Source of the DNA: a virus
Reading direction: 5' to 3' (one strand)
IMG/VR virus record: IMGVR_UViG_3300046454_000825
Span: 1-64,000 of that record
DNA length: 64,000 nucleotides
The position numbers and the translations under genes were made by a program. How positions within the stretch are numbered: the stretch's first letter is position 1; each line of letters opens with the position of its first letter. The notes beneath the pieces are model-generated. The model did not search any database and was not told the DNA's origin. It saw only the letters and a list, made by a program, of their open reading frames with translations. This document shows, piece after piece, positions 36,427-45,711 of this stretch.

Positions 36427-37211
36427 AGCCGCTGGTCATCATCCCGATGTACCTCACCGAGGACTCAGACGTGGAGACCACGATGGAAGCTGTGCGCAGC
36501 GTCCGCAAGACGGTCAGTGACAGCGTCGAGATCCTGGTCGTCGACGATCACTCACCCGAGCGGCAGTTGGTCGACGGTATCGAAAAGGGGCTGGGGCGCT
36601 TCGACGCCGAGCTCCACCGCAAGGATGAGAACTCCGGCTTCTCCAAGACCGTCAACGTGGGCCTGCAGCGAGCGCGCGACCAAGGTCGGGACGCGGTTCT
36701 CCTCAATGCCGATGTTGAGATCAGCACCCCCGGCTGGCTGAAGATCATGCAGAAGACAGCCGATGCCAACCGTCGGCCGGCGGCTGTTGTCGGTGCGCTG
36801 CTCCTATACCCGACGGGCTTGATCCAGCACGCGGGGATCTATTTCTCCCTGCTGACCCGGACCTTCGATCACATGTACAAGTTCGGGCCGGGCAACCTAC
36901 CCGAGGCGTTGATCCAGCAGAGCAGGCCGGTCACCGGCGCGTTCCAGTTCATCCGTCACGACGCGCTGATGAAGGTGGGGCTCTACGACGAGGGCTTCCA
37001 GATGGCCCACGAGGATGTCGACTACTGCATCCGGACCTACCTTGCTGGCTTGGAATGTGTATACCAACCGAGGGTCAGGGCGTTTCACTTCGAGATGATG
37101 TTCCGCGGTAGGCCTTCTCCCAAAGTGCAGGAATGGCAACAGAAGTCGTGGGTCTATTTTGCTACTAAGTACTCAACCCAAAATTTCGCAGGGTTAGTTC
37201 CCTTCGTCTAA
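36423..37211 (+). CDS. Glycosyltransferase family 2
   Basis: VVDDHS, NSGFSKTVN.G, LLNAD, VTGA, G.YDEGF..EDVDYC. Confidence 0.92.
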   Translation: MKPLVIIPMYLTEDSDVETTMEAVRSVRKTVSDSVEILVVDDHSPERQLVDGIEKGLGRFDAELHRKDENSGFSKTVNVGLQRARDQGRDAVLLNADVEISTPGWLKIMQKTADANRRPAAVVGALLLYPTGLIQHAGIYFSLLTRTFDHMYKFGPGNLPEALIQQSRPVTGAFQFIRHDALMKVGLYDEGFQMAHEDVDYCIRTYLAGLECVYQPRVRAFHFEMMFRGRPSPKVQEWQQKSWVYFATKYSTQNFAGLVPFV

Positions 37212-37219
37212 GGAGACCA

Positions 37220-38860
37220 ATGAACGAGTGGTGGAGATACGAGCAGCTTTCCAGCCGGTGGCCCTACGATTGGGCTCCAGCAACCCGCGGCGATCGGCCG
37301 TGGGATCAGCTCGACTTCCACCTAGACCTGGGGTGTGGTCGCGTGCCCAAGGCGCGCATGGGGATCGACCGCAAATTCTCCGAGGGCGCGACGGATCTGG
37401 TCATAGATCTGGATGAGATATTCCTCTATCTGATGGAATCCGAGCGCAGCGGGCACCGCATGCAGGAGCTCCTGGAGTTCCCCGGCGAACGTAGACTGCC
37501 GTTCCCGACCGGCTCAATCGAGTCGATCATCACCCATCACTGCTTCGAGCACATCGGCGAGGGTTTCGAGCGGCTGATGGAGGAGTGCTATCGGGTGCTC
37601 AAATGGGGTGGCGTCATGCGTATTGTGACTCCCGTATTCCCATCATCGGCGGCGGTCTCTGAGTACGACCACAAGCGCTACTTCATGCAGGGCACGCTGA
37701 TGGGGTTCTGCCAGGAGCTGCCCGGCGGCGCGTCGATCTATGACGCCTTCGCCGAGCGCTACAACTCGTGCTGCTTCCGCCAGATCGACGAGGAGGTTTC
37801 ACCTCCGACGCCGGCGGAGAAGCAGTGGACAACCGAGGATGTGCGGGAGATTCGAACCACACTATGGAAATTCAGTGACGGTGAAGATGAGCCCGAACCG
37901 TCGATGTTCATACCGGAGGAGACCAATGATTTTAGTCCAATTCAAGCTGGACAAGGTGATCATCTTCGAGGGGACGATGATGGACTCGGCGCTGCCGAGC
38001 CTGGGGGAAACGATCAAAATTCCGGGGAGCCGGCGCAAACTGAAAGTGGGGATGGTGACGAGGCGGCTCTCCAAGGGCCGAGCGAAGCAGCGCAACGGGT
38101 TGATCAAGCAGGAGGCGGTGGTGGACCTAGTCCCTTCGCATCCGTCTGCGTCCTCAGCTACGAAAGGCTGAGCCTGCTGCGTGAGTGCATCGGCTCGATG
38201 CTCGCCGGCGCACACTCACCCTTCGAGCTGATCGTACATGACGATGGCTCTCGCGATCCCGAGCTCCGTCAGTGGCTCTTGCAGATGTCCGAAGAGGGCG
38301 TGATCTCGACGCTGCTGATGAATTCCCCGGGCTGGAACGAGGGGCAGGGCATAGCGATGAACCGGATGGCCGCTGTCGCGAAGGGCGATCCGATTATCAA
38401 GTGCGACCAGGACCTCGTCTTCGAGCCCGGTTGGCTGCGCAGGGTTCAAGAAGTGCTCAACACCAACGCAAGGGAGACCCACGAAACGGGTGAGCCGATG
38501 ATCGGCGCGCTGGGTATCTTCAAGTACTTCACCGATCCCGTCGACCATGAGAGGATGTTCCTTCGGGACTGGATCTCCTACGACGAAGTTCTCGATTTCG
38601 TCGGCTCGTTCATTGCGATACCGCGGACGGCGTGGGAGATCTTCGGGCCGTGGGGAGAGCGCAGCGCCGCCTTCGCCGAGGACGCCGTGTTCAAGGACAC
38701 ACTGCAGAAGACGGAGGGCTGGTGCTGCGCCCTGACGAAAGAGGATCTGGCCCGCAACCAGGGGTTCGGCGTCGGGCCTTCGACCGTGGTGGTCGCCGAG
38801 GGCACAGTGCAGGCGATCCAGACCGGTCCTAAGGTGATCGAGCCGGGGGTGATCGAGTGA
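37220..38860 (+). CDS. SAM-dependent methyltransferase fused to a GT2 glycosyltransferase
   Basis: LDLGCG..FEHI..ECYRVLKWGG (MTase); SYER..VHDDGS..KCDQD..ED (GT2). Confidence 0.85.
   Translation: MNEWWRYEQLSSRWPYDWAPATRGDRPWDQLDFHLDLGCGRVPKARMGIDRKFSEGATDLVIDLDEIFLYLMESERSGHRMQELLEFPGERRLPFPTGSIESIITHHCFEHIGEGFERLMEECYRVLKWGGVMRIVTPVFPSSAAVSEYDHKRYFMQGTLMGFCQELPGGASIYDAFAERYNSCCFRQIDEEVSPPTPAEKQWTTEDVREIRTTLWKFSDGEDEPEPSMFIPEETNDFSPIQAGQGDHLRGDDDGLGAAEPGGNDQNSGEPAQTESGDGDEAALQGPSEAAQRVDQAGGGGGPSPFASVCVLSYERLSLLRECIGSMLAGAHSPFELIVHDDGSRDPELRQWLLQMSEEGVISTLLMNSPGWNEGQGIAMNRMAAVAKGDPIIKCDQDLVFEPGWLRRVQEVLNTNARETHETGEPMIGALGIFKYFTDPVDHERMFLRDWISYDEVLDFVGSFIAIPRTAWEIFGPWGERSAAFAEDAVFKDTLQKTEGWCCALTKEDLARNQGFGVGPSTVVVAEGTVQAIQTGPKVIEPGVIE
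37926..38171 (+). CDS. Nested out-of-frame 81-aa basic protein (MILVQFKLDKVIIFEG...)
   Basis: GGAGGAGACCAATG start, same context as the AGGAGACCAATG of 37220; protein-like sequence. Confidence 0.55.
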   Translation: MILVQFKLDKVIIFEGTMMDSALPSLGETIKIPGSRRKLKVGMVTRRLSKGRAKQRNGLIKQEAVVDLVPSHPSASSATKG

Positions 38861-39054
38861 GGTACGCGGTGCTGTTCACCACTTCGCCCGAAGCCGAAGA
38901 AGGCAAGTCATGGGCGATCGTCGAAGCCGACGAGCCGGCGCAGGCTGTCTCGATGGTCGGTGGTCGCACGGTGGCCATGGATGACAAAGCCCTGTGCATC
39001 CCACTCGATGAGAAGCCGATCCCCGTCTACGCGACGGTTGGGTGGCACACATGA
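38857..39054 (+). CDS. Hypothetical protein
   Basis: GTGA coupling. Confidence 0.55.
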   Translation: MRYAVLFTTSPEAEEGKSWAIVEADEPAQAVSMVGGRTVAMDDKALCIPLDEKPIPVYATVGWHT

Positions 39055-39266
39055 GCGATCCGCAGCTCGACAAGATCCTCAAGGACGCGATCGAGGACGC
39101 CAACCTGGCCAGCAAGAAGAGCAGGCCGAAGTGGATGGGCGGCGCGGCTCCGCGTGAACGCCTGTCGGAGTCAGGGCGCAGGAAGCGGCGCAAACTCAAC
39201 AAGGCGAACGCGAAGCTCCGGCCGAAGGTCAGGAAGCGGAGTAAGCACGGGAGGCAGGTGCGATGA
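39051..39266 (+). CDS. Small Lys/Arg-rich protein
   Basis: ATGA coupling on both sides. Confidence 0.55.
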   Translation: MSDPQLDKILKDAIEDANLASKKSRPKWMGGAAPRERLSESGRRKRRKLNKANAKLRPKVRKRSKHGRQVR

Positions 39267-40120
39267 AGGCAGGCATCGTGATACCGGTTGGCCCTGGCCG
39301 GGAAGAGAACCTGGGCCGAGCGCTGGTGTCGATCGAAGAGATGAAGTTCCCGCCCGAGCACATCGTCCTGGTCTGCGACGGGCCGGAGTCAGAGGTCAGC
39401 GATCCGGGGATCTCCCTTCCTCACTCGCTCGTTGTTACGCCTCACAAGCATGAGCCCGGTAGGGAGCAGCCCCGCAACGTTGGGGTACGTGTGCTGCAGG
39501 ATCTGGGCGGCTTTACTCACGCCTGGTTCCTGGACACCGACATCATCCTGGATCCCTGGGCGCATTCGCACTTTCAGGCTGCGATGGAGGTCGACACACT
39601 GGAGCGGATCCTCGTCGGTCCCTACGACTGGCTTGCGGCGAACACCAAGGTGCCAGTGCCCGACCTGCGAAACGATCCGCGCTGGCCATCGTTCGACAAC
39701 CACGACATGCCCGAGGCCCTGACCAACGACCTCAGTGCCGGCTTGGCCTGCTTCAGCGGCAACCTGATCTGGCCGATTGAGGCCTTCGTTCGGATCGGCG
39801 GCTTCTGGAACGAGCTCCACCACGGCCGCTGTGAGGACGGCGAGCTCGGACTCCGTGCCGTGGCCTGCGGCATTCCGATTAGCTTCGTCGCCGCGGCGCG
39901 CGGTTGGCATCTCGATCACCCGATCAACGGCGAGCTGACGCTGCAGCGCAATGAGCGCGACGTCCCGATGCTGAACGATCGCCATCCCTGGGTCCAGGGC
40001 GAGGGGCTATTTGTCGTCGAAGAGGACGGCAAACGGTTCAACACTCACTGTCGCTGTGGCTGGTCAGGCAACACGATGGAGATCTGGGAGCACCAGGCAG
40101 GGTGTGAGCAAGCCCGATGA
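39263..40120 (+). CDS. Glycosyltransferase family 2
   Basis: IVIPV, VCDG, RNVG, FLDTD, GGFWNE..G.CEDGELG. Confidence 0.85.
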   Translation: MKAGIVIPVGPGREENLGRALVSIEEMKFPPEHIVLVCDGPESEVSDPGISLPHSLVVTPHKHEPGREQPRNVGVRVLQDLGGFTHAWFLDTDIILDPWAHSHFQAAMEVDTLERILVGPYDWLAANTKVPVPDLRNDPRWPSFDNHDMPEALTNDLSAGLACFSGNLIWPIEAFVRIGGFWNELHHGRCEDGELGLRAVACGIPISFVAAARGWHLDHPINGELTLQRNERDVPMLNDRHPWVQGEGLFVVEEDGKRFNTHCRCGWSGNTMEIWEHQAGCEQAR

Positions 40121-40902
40121 GCCGTCTTCTCGTCTGCATACCGACCATCGAGGGCCGGGAGAAGTTCCTGGAGCGAGCCATGTGGGGCTATCGCACTCGC
40201 ACGCCTCACACCGACATGCACATCGAGGTCGTTCACGACTATCCTACTTGTGGTCAGGGTTGGCAGGCGGCGGTCGAGCGGGGACTCTCTCGCTTGCAGC
40301 CGCCCCCTGACTTCATCCACTTCGGCAATGACGACATTATGGTGGCCGAGGGCTGGTTGCCGCCGCTAATAGATGCCGCCACACAGGGGTTTCTGCCGGC
40401 GTCTCGGATGGAGCCGGCTGGCTACCACCTTGGCGAAGAGCCGGCGGAAGCGATTGCGCCATGGTGGGTCAAGCCCAACGAGCGCAGCTACTTCTACTCC
40501 GATCTGCCCGAGAACCAGCCGAAGAATGACTGGGCTCCGGTCGACCACAGTGCATTGCCATTCTGTTCGGTCGGTCAGTGGCTGAAGATCGGTCGGTTCA
40601 TCCCGATTCACTTCGGCACTGACAAGTGGTTCTATCACCGAGCCCGTCAGGAGGGCATCACCGCGGTCGCGCGTATGGACTCCGTGATCTTCAACTACGC
40701 CACTCAGATCGGTAGGCAAAAGGGTGCGTGGACCGAGACCGACATCATCGACTTCGACTGTGTCTTCGCCTATCCGGCCTACGTGGAGGGGCGTTTGAAG
40801 CCAGAGGAAGAGGACCCCCAACGTCTCACGGGTTCTGGCCTGGCGATGGTTAGGCGCTGGCGTAAGGCGAACTTTGACGGACCACACCACTGGGAGGCTT
40901 GA
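40117..40902 (+). CDS. GT-A fold glycosyltransferase-like protein
   Basis: VCIPTI.GRE, FGNDDI (DxD), GW; FGTD.W. Confidence 0.7.
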   Translation: MSRLLVCIPTIEGREKFLERAMWGYRTRTPHTDMHIEVVHDYPTCGQGWQAAVERGLSRLQPPPDFIHFGNDDIMVAEGWLPPLIDAATQGFLPASRMEPAGYHLGEEPAEAIAPWWVKPNERSYFYSDLPENQPKNDWAPVDHSALPFCSVGQWLKIGRFIPIHFGTDKWFYHRARQEGITAVARMDSVIFNYATQIGRQKGAWTETDIIDFDCVFAYPAYVEGRLKPEEEDPQRLTGSGLAMVRRWRKANFDGPHHWEA

Positions 40903-41684
40903 TGGACACCACGCTTTTGATCTCGACCTTCAACCGTGCCCCGCTTCTTGATCGGTCGCTGGCGCGCCTGGCGCAGCTCACCGTTCCCGACGAGGTGCTG
41001 GTCGTCGATGACGGCAGCACCGACGAGACAGCCGAGGTCTGTGATCGCCACGCGGATCTCCTGCCGTTGACCTACATCTACAACCACAATCCCGAGTGGT
41101 CGATCTGCTCCATGGCCCGCAACATCGGGGTCAAAAATGCCGCCAACGAGTGGATCATTACCTCCGAGCCCGAGCTCTTTTTCGTCACCGACGTCGTTAA
41201 GCAGTTCGAGTACCTGCAGCCCGAGCATCCGGAGCAGGTGATCAGCGCTGGCACGATCTACTTTCAGCCCGAGGGAGGTCCGGATCCGAGCACGAATGTC
41301 GAGGGCCTGGAGGTCGCTGGCGACTACACGCCGCCGACGGGGATGGAGGAAGCGATCGGCTGGGTCGCTCCGTTCTCGGCTCTCTACAACCGCAACTGGC
41401 TGGAGCATGTAGGTGGGTGGGACGAGGAGTTCCCGGGTCCGTGGGGCTGGGACGATATCGACCTGCTGACCCGTCTGCGGATCAAAGGCATCAACCAACA
41501 CATTGCGCTCGACGTGAAAGCCCTGCACCAGTGGCATGGGCCGAAACATCGCGGCGACGTCGACTTCCAGAACGAGCAGTACTTCCGGGCCAAGGACTTC
41601 GTCGCCGGCGGCGTCGAGTCACCGGATCTTCCGGACCTAATCGCCAACCAGGACCGTGAGTGGGGGGTGATCGTTCCCCGATGA
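40902..41684 (+). CDS. Glycosyltransferase family 2
   Basis: STFNR, VVDDGSTD, ARNIG, GGWDEEF..WGWDDID, H.WH; DxD replaced by EPE. Confidence 0.9.
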   Translation: MDTTLLISTFNRAPLLDRSLARLAQLTVPDEVLVVDDGSTDETAEVCDRHADLLPLTYIYNHNPEWSICSMARNIGVKNAANEWIITSEPELFFVTDVVKQFEYLQPEHPEQVISAGTIYFQPEGGPDPSTNVEGLEVAGDYTPPTGMEEAIGWVAPFSALYNRNWLEHVGGWDEEFPGPWGWDDIDLLTRLRIKGINQHIALDVKALHQWHGPKHRGDVDFQNEQYFRAKDFVAGGVESPDLPDLIANQDREWGVIVPR

Positions 41685-42325
41685 AGTACGAGGAGCAGCT
41701 CATCGAGGAGGTCAAGACGTGGTGCATCCAGGATCCGGAGAGACGCGCGGAGAAGATGCAACGCGAGCGCATCCGGCATCCCAAACTGATCAAGGATCTG
41801 CTGCTCGACAAGCTCGACACGTCGACCATGAAGATCCTGGAGGTCGGTGGTGGACCCGAGCCCTTGAGTGACCTGCTCGACTTCGAGTTCCGCATCGTCG
41901 TCGACCCCTGCGCTGACGAGTACGCAGAATTCTTCCCGACTCCAGATCACCTGAACATGGAGGCCGAGGACATGGGAGACAGCACCTGGCACGAGACCTT
42001 CGACCTGATCATCTGCACCAACGCGCTCGACCACGTTCGGGATGTGCCATCGGTCATGAGCAGGATCTACCGGTGCCTCAAGCCGGGTGGTTACTTCGCT
42101 GTCATGTGCGCCGAGAACAACGCGATCACCAACCCGCACCCGTGCCACAAGATCAACCTGACCGCGGCCGACCTGCACCGATCGTGCGACAAGTGGGCCG
42201 AGACCTGCTGGGAGCTTACTTATAGTAAGGACGGGTATCGCTATGGCTGGGCCGAGTACCAGGGCAAGTGCGGCCAGCCGGCCTTCGCGATTCTGTTCCG
42301 CAAGGCGGTCGGGTATGAGCAGTGA
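41681..42325 (+). CDS. Class I SAM-dependent methyltransferase
   Basis: ILEVGGG, VDP, FDLIIC.NALDHV, LKPGG. Confidence 0.9.
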   Translation: MKYEEQLIEEVKTWCIQDPERRAEKMQRERIRHPKLIKDLLLDKLDTSTMKILEVGGGPEPLSDLLDFEFRIVVDPCADEYAEFFPTPDHLNMEAEDMGDSTWHETFDLIICTNALDHVRDVPSVMSRIYRCLKPGGYFAVMCAENNAITNPHPCHKINLTAADLHRSCDKWAETCWELTYSKDGYRYGWAEYQGKCGQPAFAILFRKAVGYEQ

Positions 42326-43364
42326 GCTCGACGTCGCCAAAGATGTCTGCTTCATAGGGCTCGGCGCGAGTGCACCGTGCTACTACCGCGTCATGCTTCC
42401 AGCGATGGCCCTGAAATGCGACTGGGCCGGAGTCGCCGGTGTTCCACCCAGCCTGCATTGGTTGACCGGCTCGGTGAAGGGTCAGTCGAAGATGCCGGAC
42501 CTGATCGACGACTACAAGATTGTGGTGCTGCAGCAGCCATGCGGTGACCAGTGGCTGAAGCTCACCGAGGCGATGCAAGAGGCGGGCAAGAAAGTTCTCT
42601 TCGAGGTTGACGATTATCTCCATGGCATTGCGAAGCGTGAGGACCACCACTTCAAAGATTCCTACGACCAGAGAGTCATGTTCTTGTTCGAGGATATGAT
42701 GCGCGCGTGCGATGGGATTATCACGTCGACTGAGTACATTGCGAAGAAATACAAGAAGTTCAACCCCAACATCTACGTATGTCGCAATGGGATTGATCTG
42801 AATCGCTACGAGCTGAGCAGACCTGACCGCAAGACGGTGAACATTGGCTGGGCGGGTGCGACCGGTCACACCAAGGCAATCATGCCGTGGATGAATCAGG
42901 TGCTCGCGGTTATGCAGGAGAAACCGGAGACCTGCTTCGTGTCGATAGGCCAGCCGTTCGCCGATGCGATCAGGCCCTACATCGACGACGAGAGGGCGAT
43001 CTCCGTGCCCTGGGCGGCGATCGAGCAGTACCCCTCGGCGATGTCCATGATCGACATCGCTCTGGCTCCCGCCGGCGCAGGCGGCTGGTACCTCGGCAAG
43101 TCGGATCTGCGCTGGCTGGAGGCCGGCGCGCTCGGGATCCCGATCATCGCTAACCGCAAGGTGTACAAGGAAATCGAGGACGGGGTGACAGGCTTCACCG
43201 CCGAGAACCCCTACATCATGACCGAAAAGCTGATGCCCTTGATCGGTGACCGAGACCTGCGGCTGCGGATCGGTGACCAGGCGAAAGAGTATGTTCGCGA
43301 GCATAGGGGCATCGAGACAATGGCCCAGTCTTGGGTCACCGCCTTCGAGGAAGCCTATGAATGA
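42315..43364 (+). CDS. GT-B (GT4-like) glycosyltransferase
   Basis: YYRV.LP, FEVDDY, ITST, NGID, IGWAG..H, DIALAP..KS.LRWLEAGALGIP. Confidence 0.88.
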   Translation: MSSELDVAKDVCFIGLGASAPCYYRVMLPAMALKCDWAGVAGVPPSLHWLTGSVKGQSKMPDLIDDYKIVVLQQPCGDQWLKLTEAMQEAGKKVLFEVDDYLHGIAKREDHHFKDSYDQRVMFLFEDMMRACDGIITSTEYIAKKYKKFNPNIYVCRNGIDLNRYELSRPDRKTVNIGWAGATGHTKAIMPWMNQVLAVMQEKPETCFVSIGQPFADAIRPYIDDERAISVPWAAIEQYPSAMSMIDIALAPAGAGGWYLGKSDLRWLEAGALGIPIIANRKVYKEIEDGVTGFTAENPYIMTEKLMPLIGDRDLRLRIGDQAKEYVREHRGIETMAQSWVTAFEEAYE

Positions 43365-43743
43365 GCTCTCGACGACTGAATCCACGACGGCGGAGGTTGC
43401 ACGGGTCCTGCGGTTGCACTCCTTTCACTACGCGGACGAGGAGCAGCTCCAGCGTGGTGTCGCTGATGCGCTGACGCTCGCCGGCGCGCCGTTCACGCGC
43501 GAGGTCCGGCTGGATGAGTTCTCACGGATTGACTTCATGGTGCACGCTCGCTGCGAGGTGGGCATCGAGGCGAAGATCGCTTCCGCGGCGAGCTCGGTGT
43601 CCAGACAGCTCGACCGCTATCTCAAGAGCGACAAGGTCGACGGGCTCGTGCTGGTGACCACGCTACGGCGTCACAAGAAGCTGGCCGGGATGCGGCTTGG
43701 CAAGCCGGTCGAGGTCGTCTGGCTGGGGTTCGCAGCGCTATGA
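43357..43743 (+). CDS. Small PD-(D/E)XK nuclease-like protein
   Basis: E..LQ..RE..RIDFMV..IEAK..QL.RY. Confidence 0.7.
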   Translation: MNELSTTESTTAEVARVLRLHSFHYADEEQLQRGVADALTLAGAPFTREVRLDEFSRIDFMVHARCEVGIEAKIASAASSVSRQLDRYLKSDKVDGLVLVTTLRRHKKLAGMRLGKPVEVVWLGFAAL

Positions 43744-43937
43744 CCTTGAAACCTGCGATCGCCTTCATACTCACCGACACTGGCCATAAGCTCCACCTGC
43801 CGGCGGACGACACCACCTTCGAATACCCAACGTCAGGACCGGATCGTCAGCAAACCCGCTGTGGCCGTTCTGGTCGTGTGGTCATCAAGGGTCGTTACGC
43901 CGACGAGGATGTCTGTGTGACGTGCCTATGGCGGTAA
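43740..43937 (+). CDS. Small Zn-binding hypothetical protein
   Basis: H..CG..CxxC; coupled. Confidence 0.5.
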   Translation: MTLKPAIAFILTDTGHKLHLPADDTTFEYPTSGPDRQQTRCGRSGRVVIKGRYADEDVCVTCLWR

Positions 43938-45610
43938 CACACGGCAAAGTAGAGCGCTACGGCGAGACGTGGTGGGTATACACCGAGCCCCATCTGATGA
44001 TCAAGCTCAAGCGCTGGTTCCCCCGCGTCGAGGCCAATCGCCAGGGCGCTCTGATCATCCGTGCCACGTCCGAGGTCTCGCGGGATCTGGAGTGGTTCAT
44101 GACGCGCTACCCGATGGAGATGAAAGAGAAGGATCGGACGGCTCTCGGCCGAGAATCGAAGGAACACAAAGGCCTGGAGCACGATGCACAAGAGATCCTG
44201 GCCGGCAAGGCGCTGAAGCGGGAGCTCAAATGGGAGGTCAAGGATGCCCGTGACTACCAGCTCGTGGCCGCGGATCTGGCGCTGCGCACCGGTCACCTGC
44301 TGATCGCCGATGATGTCGGGCTCGGCAAGACGTTGGAGGCCCTGCTGATCCTCAGGGACGCCGGCCTACTGCCCTGCCTGATCGTCTGTCAGACGCACCT
44401 GCCGCACCAGTGGAAAGAAGAAATCGAAGACTTCTGCCCCTGGCTCAAGCCGCACATTGCTCGGAAAGCGTCTCCCTACAAACTGGCTCAGTTCGAGAAG
44501 GATGGCCTGACACCGAATGTTCTGATCATGGGTTATTCGAAAGTCGCTGGCTGGGCACCGGTGTTGAAAGGGAAAATCAAATCGGTCATCATCGACGAGT
44601 GCCAAGAGGTTAGGATCGAGGGCTCTCAGAAGTACGTTGGCGTGGCCATGGTGGCCGATAAGGCCGACTGCGTGGTTGGCACCACGGCGACGCCGGTCTA
44701 CAACTACGGCGACGAGATCTTCAACATCATGGACGTGATCGCTCCTGGTTGCCTAGGCGAGCGCGACGAGTTCGTCAGGGAGTGGGGCAAGCGGATCGGC
44801 AACCACATGGGTGTCAAGGATCCCGAGGCGCTGCGTCACTACCTGATCGGCCAGAACCTGATGATCCAGCGCACCAGGGCTGAGGTCGGACGAGAACTGC
44901 CGGAGACGATCCGGGTCCATCAGTCGATCGAGTCCGACGAGATCGTCTTCAACGAGCTGATGGCCGATCACATCGAAACGGCGAAGATCCTGGCCAGCCG
45001 CGAAGCGAGCAGGGAAGAACTGTTCAGACTGAGCGGGGAGTTCGAGTGGCAGCTCCGCCGCGCGACCGGCGTGGCCAAGGCACCCTTTGTCGCCGAGATG
45101 GTGAAAGGCCTACTGGAGTCGGGCGAAAAGGTGGTCATGTTCGGCTGGCACCACTCCGTCTATGACATCTGGGAGGAGGCACTGGCCGATTATCACCCGG
45201 TGTTCTATGGCGGTAAACAGTCACCGACGCAGAAGCTGCACGCCAAGGGTAAATTTATGGATCCAGAGGGTGACTGCAAAGTCATGGTGATTTCTTTACG
45301 TTCGGGCGCAGGGCTCGACGGGTTGCAACAGGTGTCACGAATCGCGGTGTTCGGTGAGCTCGACTGGTCGCCGACTATGCATGACCAGTGCATCGGCCGG
45401 CTCCGGCGCGATGGGATGACCGACCCCGTGGTCGCCTACTTCCCCGTCTCCGAGTATGGATCGGATCCGTTCATCGCCGAGAAGCTGCAGCTTAAGCGCA
45501 GCCAGAGTGAGCCGTTCATGCATCCTGGGGCCAAGCTCCTTCAGGTCGACGAGGAGGCAATGGCGGGGAGATCTTTCCGCATGGCAACAGAGTTCCTGAA
45601 GAAGGATTGA
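43928..45610 (+). CDS. SNF2-family helicase
   Basis: DYQ, ADDVGLGKT, IIDECQ, TATP..N, GLDGLQ, Q..GRLRRDG. Confidence 0.92.
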   Translation: MAVTHGKVERYGETWWVYTEPHLMIKLKRWFPRVEANRQGALIIRATSEVSRDLEWFMTRYPMEMKEKDRTALGRESKEHKGLEHDAQEILAGKALKRELKWEVKDARDYQLVAADLALRTGHLLIADDVGLGKTLEALLILRDAGLLPCLIVCQTHLPHQWKEEIEDFCPWLKPHIARKASPYKLAQFEKDGLTPNVLIMGYSKVAGWAPVLKGKIKSVIIDECQEVRIEGSQKYVGVAMVADKADCVVGTTATPVYNYGDEIFNIMDVIAPGCLGERDEFVREWGKRIGNHMGVKDPEALRHYLIGQNLMIQRTRAEVGRELPETIRVHQSIESDEIVFNELMADHIETAKILASREASREELFRLSGEFEWQLRRATGVAKAPFVAEMVKGLLESGEKVVMFGWHHSVYDIWEEALADYHPVFYGGKQSPTQKLHAKGKFMDPEGDCKVMVISLRSGAGLDGLQQVSRIAVFGELDWSPTMHDQCIGRLRRDGMTDPVVAYFPVSEYGSDPFIAEKLQLKRSQSEPFMHPGAKLLQVDEEAMAGRSFRMATEFLKKD

Positions 45611-45711
45611 AATTGCGCCGTCGGGTTCGCTATGCTGCTGACGCTGAGTAACGGGCTTCACCCCCAACCGTCGAAAAGGTCGGCGCATCGGGGGCGAGAG
45701 CCCGTTTTTTT
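45607..45711 (+). promoter_or_regulatory. SigA-like promoter (TTGAAA-18-TATGCT) plus structured leader ending in T7 at the sigma gene start
   Basis: AACGGGCT/AGCCCGTT stem 45650-45706, T-run 45705-45711, ATG 45712. Confidence 0.5.
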
